A DNA stretch of 63,712 bases, the filler included, from Pelomyxa schiedti (taxonomy: Eukaryota; Protista; Evosea): NCBI GenBank assembly GCA_020536535.1. It is 9 parts of 9 records of this genome, joined end to end, with 100 filler letters (N's around TTAATTAATTAA, not from the genome) between each part and the next. Parts side by side here need not be neighbours in the genome. Positions count along the whole stretch, not along the records: positions 51,328 to 63,712 come from JAHLWZ010001216.1; 8 more parts are not named here. One strand, written 5' to 3'. The notes below the pieces were generated by a model, which made no database searches, was not told the DNA's origin, and saw only the letters and a program-made list of their open reading frames with translations. Position numbers and translations under genes: made by a program. Position 1 is the stretch's first letter. Each line of letters starts with the position of its first letter. Below are positions 63,601-63,712 of this stretch, one piece after another.

Positions 63601-63712
63601 TGCCCAAACTTTTTCGGTGTGCACACGATCAAAAAACGAGCGTTTTTCTGGGAAAACAGTGTGCACACAGTTTGCAGCACGCCAACGGCCAACAGACACA
63701 CCAATGTGCTTC

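Overview
This is intron-rich eukaryotic genomic DNA with compact genes, many ~30-50 nt GT-AG introns and some GC-AG introns. Roco, TKL and SEL1 genes sit beside anaerobe-type bacterial enzymes, which suggests an anaerobic amoebozoan such as an archamoeba (inference only). The window is stitched from several contigs by N44-TTAATTAATTAA-N44 linkers, so adjacency across those linkers is not trustworthy. Eukaryotic-type genes: a B-box/SEL1 protein, a large Roco kinase, importin-11, an F-box protein, a PCIF1/CAPAM-like methyltransferase, a ubiquitin-like domain fused to a PINK1-like kinase, an eIF5A paralogue without the hypusine loop and a TKL kinase. Prokaryote-type genes: a flavodoxin-ferredoxin (EFR1-like) fusion, a secreted DUF3344-like protein, a URO-D/MtaA-family methyltransferase and an intronless 1132-aa bacterial (CrfC/YjdA-type) dynamin. 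Decayed Ty3/gypsy elements, one with a chromodomain, occupy much of the last 13 kb. Best candidates for new biology: (i) the Ubl-PINK1-like fusion, which keeps ubiquitin Ser65; (ii) the dynamin paired head-to-head with a tandem-repeat gene, between inverted LTR-like repeats; (iii) the PCIF1 homologue with GPPY in place of NPPF; (iv) the eIF5A paralogue; (v) the intron-bearing anaerobe enzymes. Exon boundaries were read by eye and are approximate. Family calls rest on recalled motifs, not database searches.
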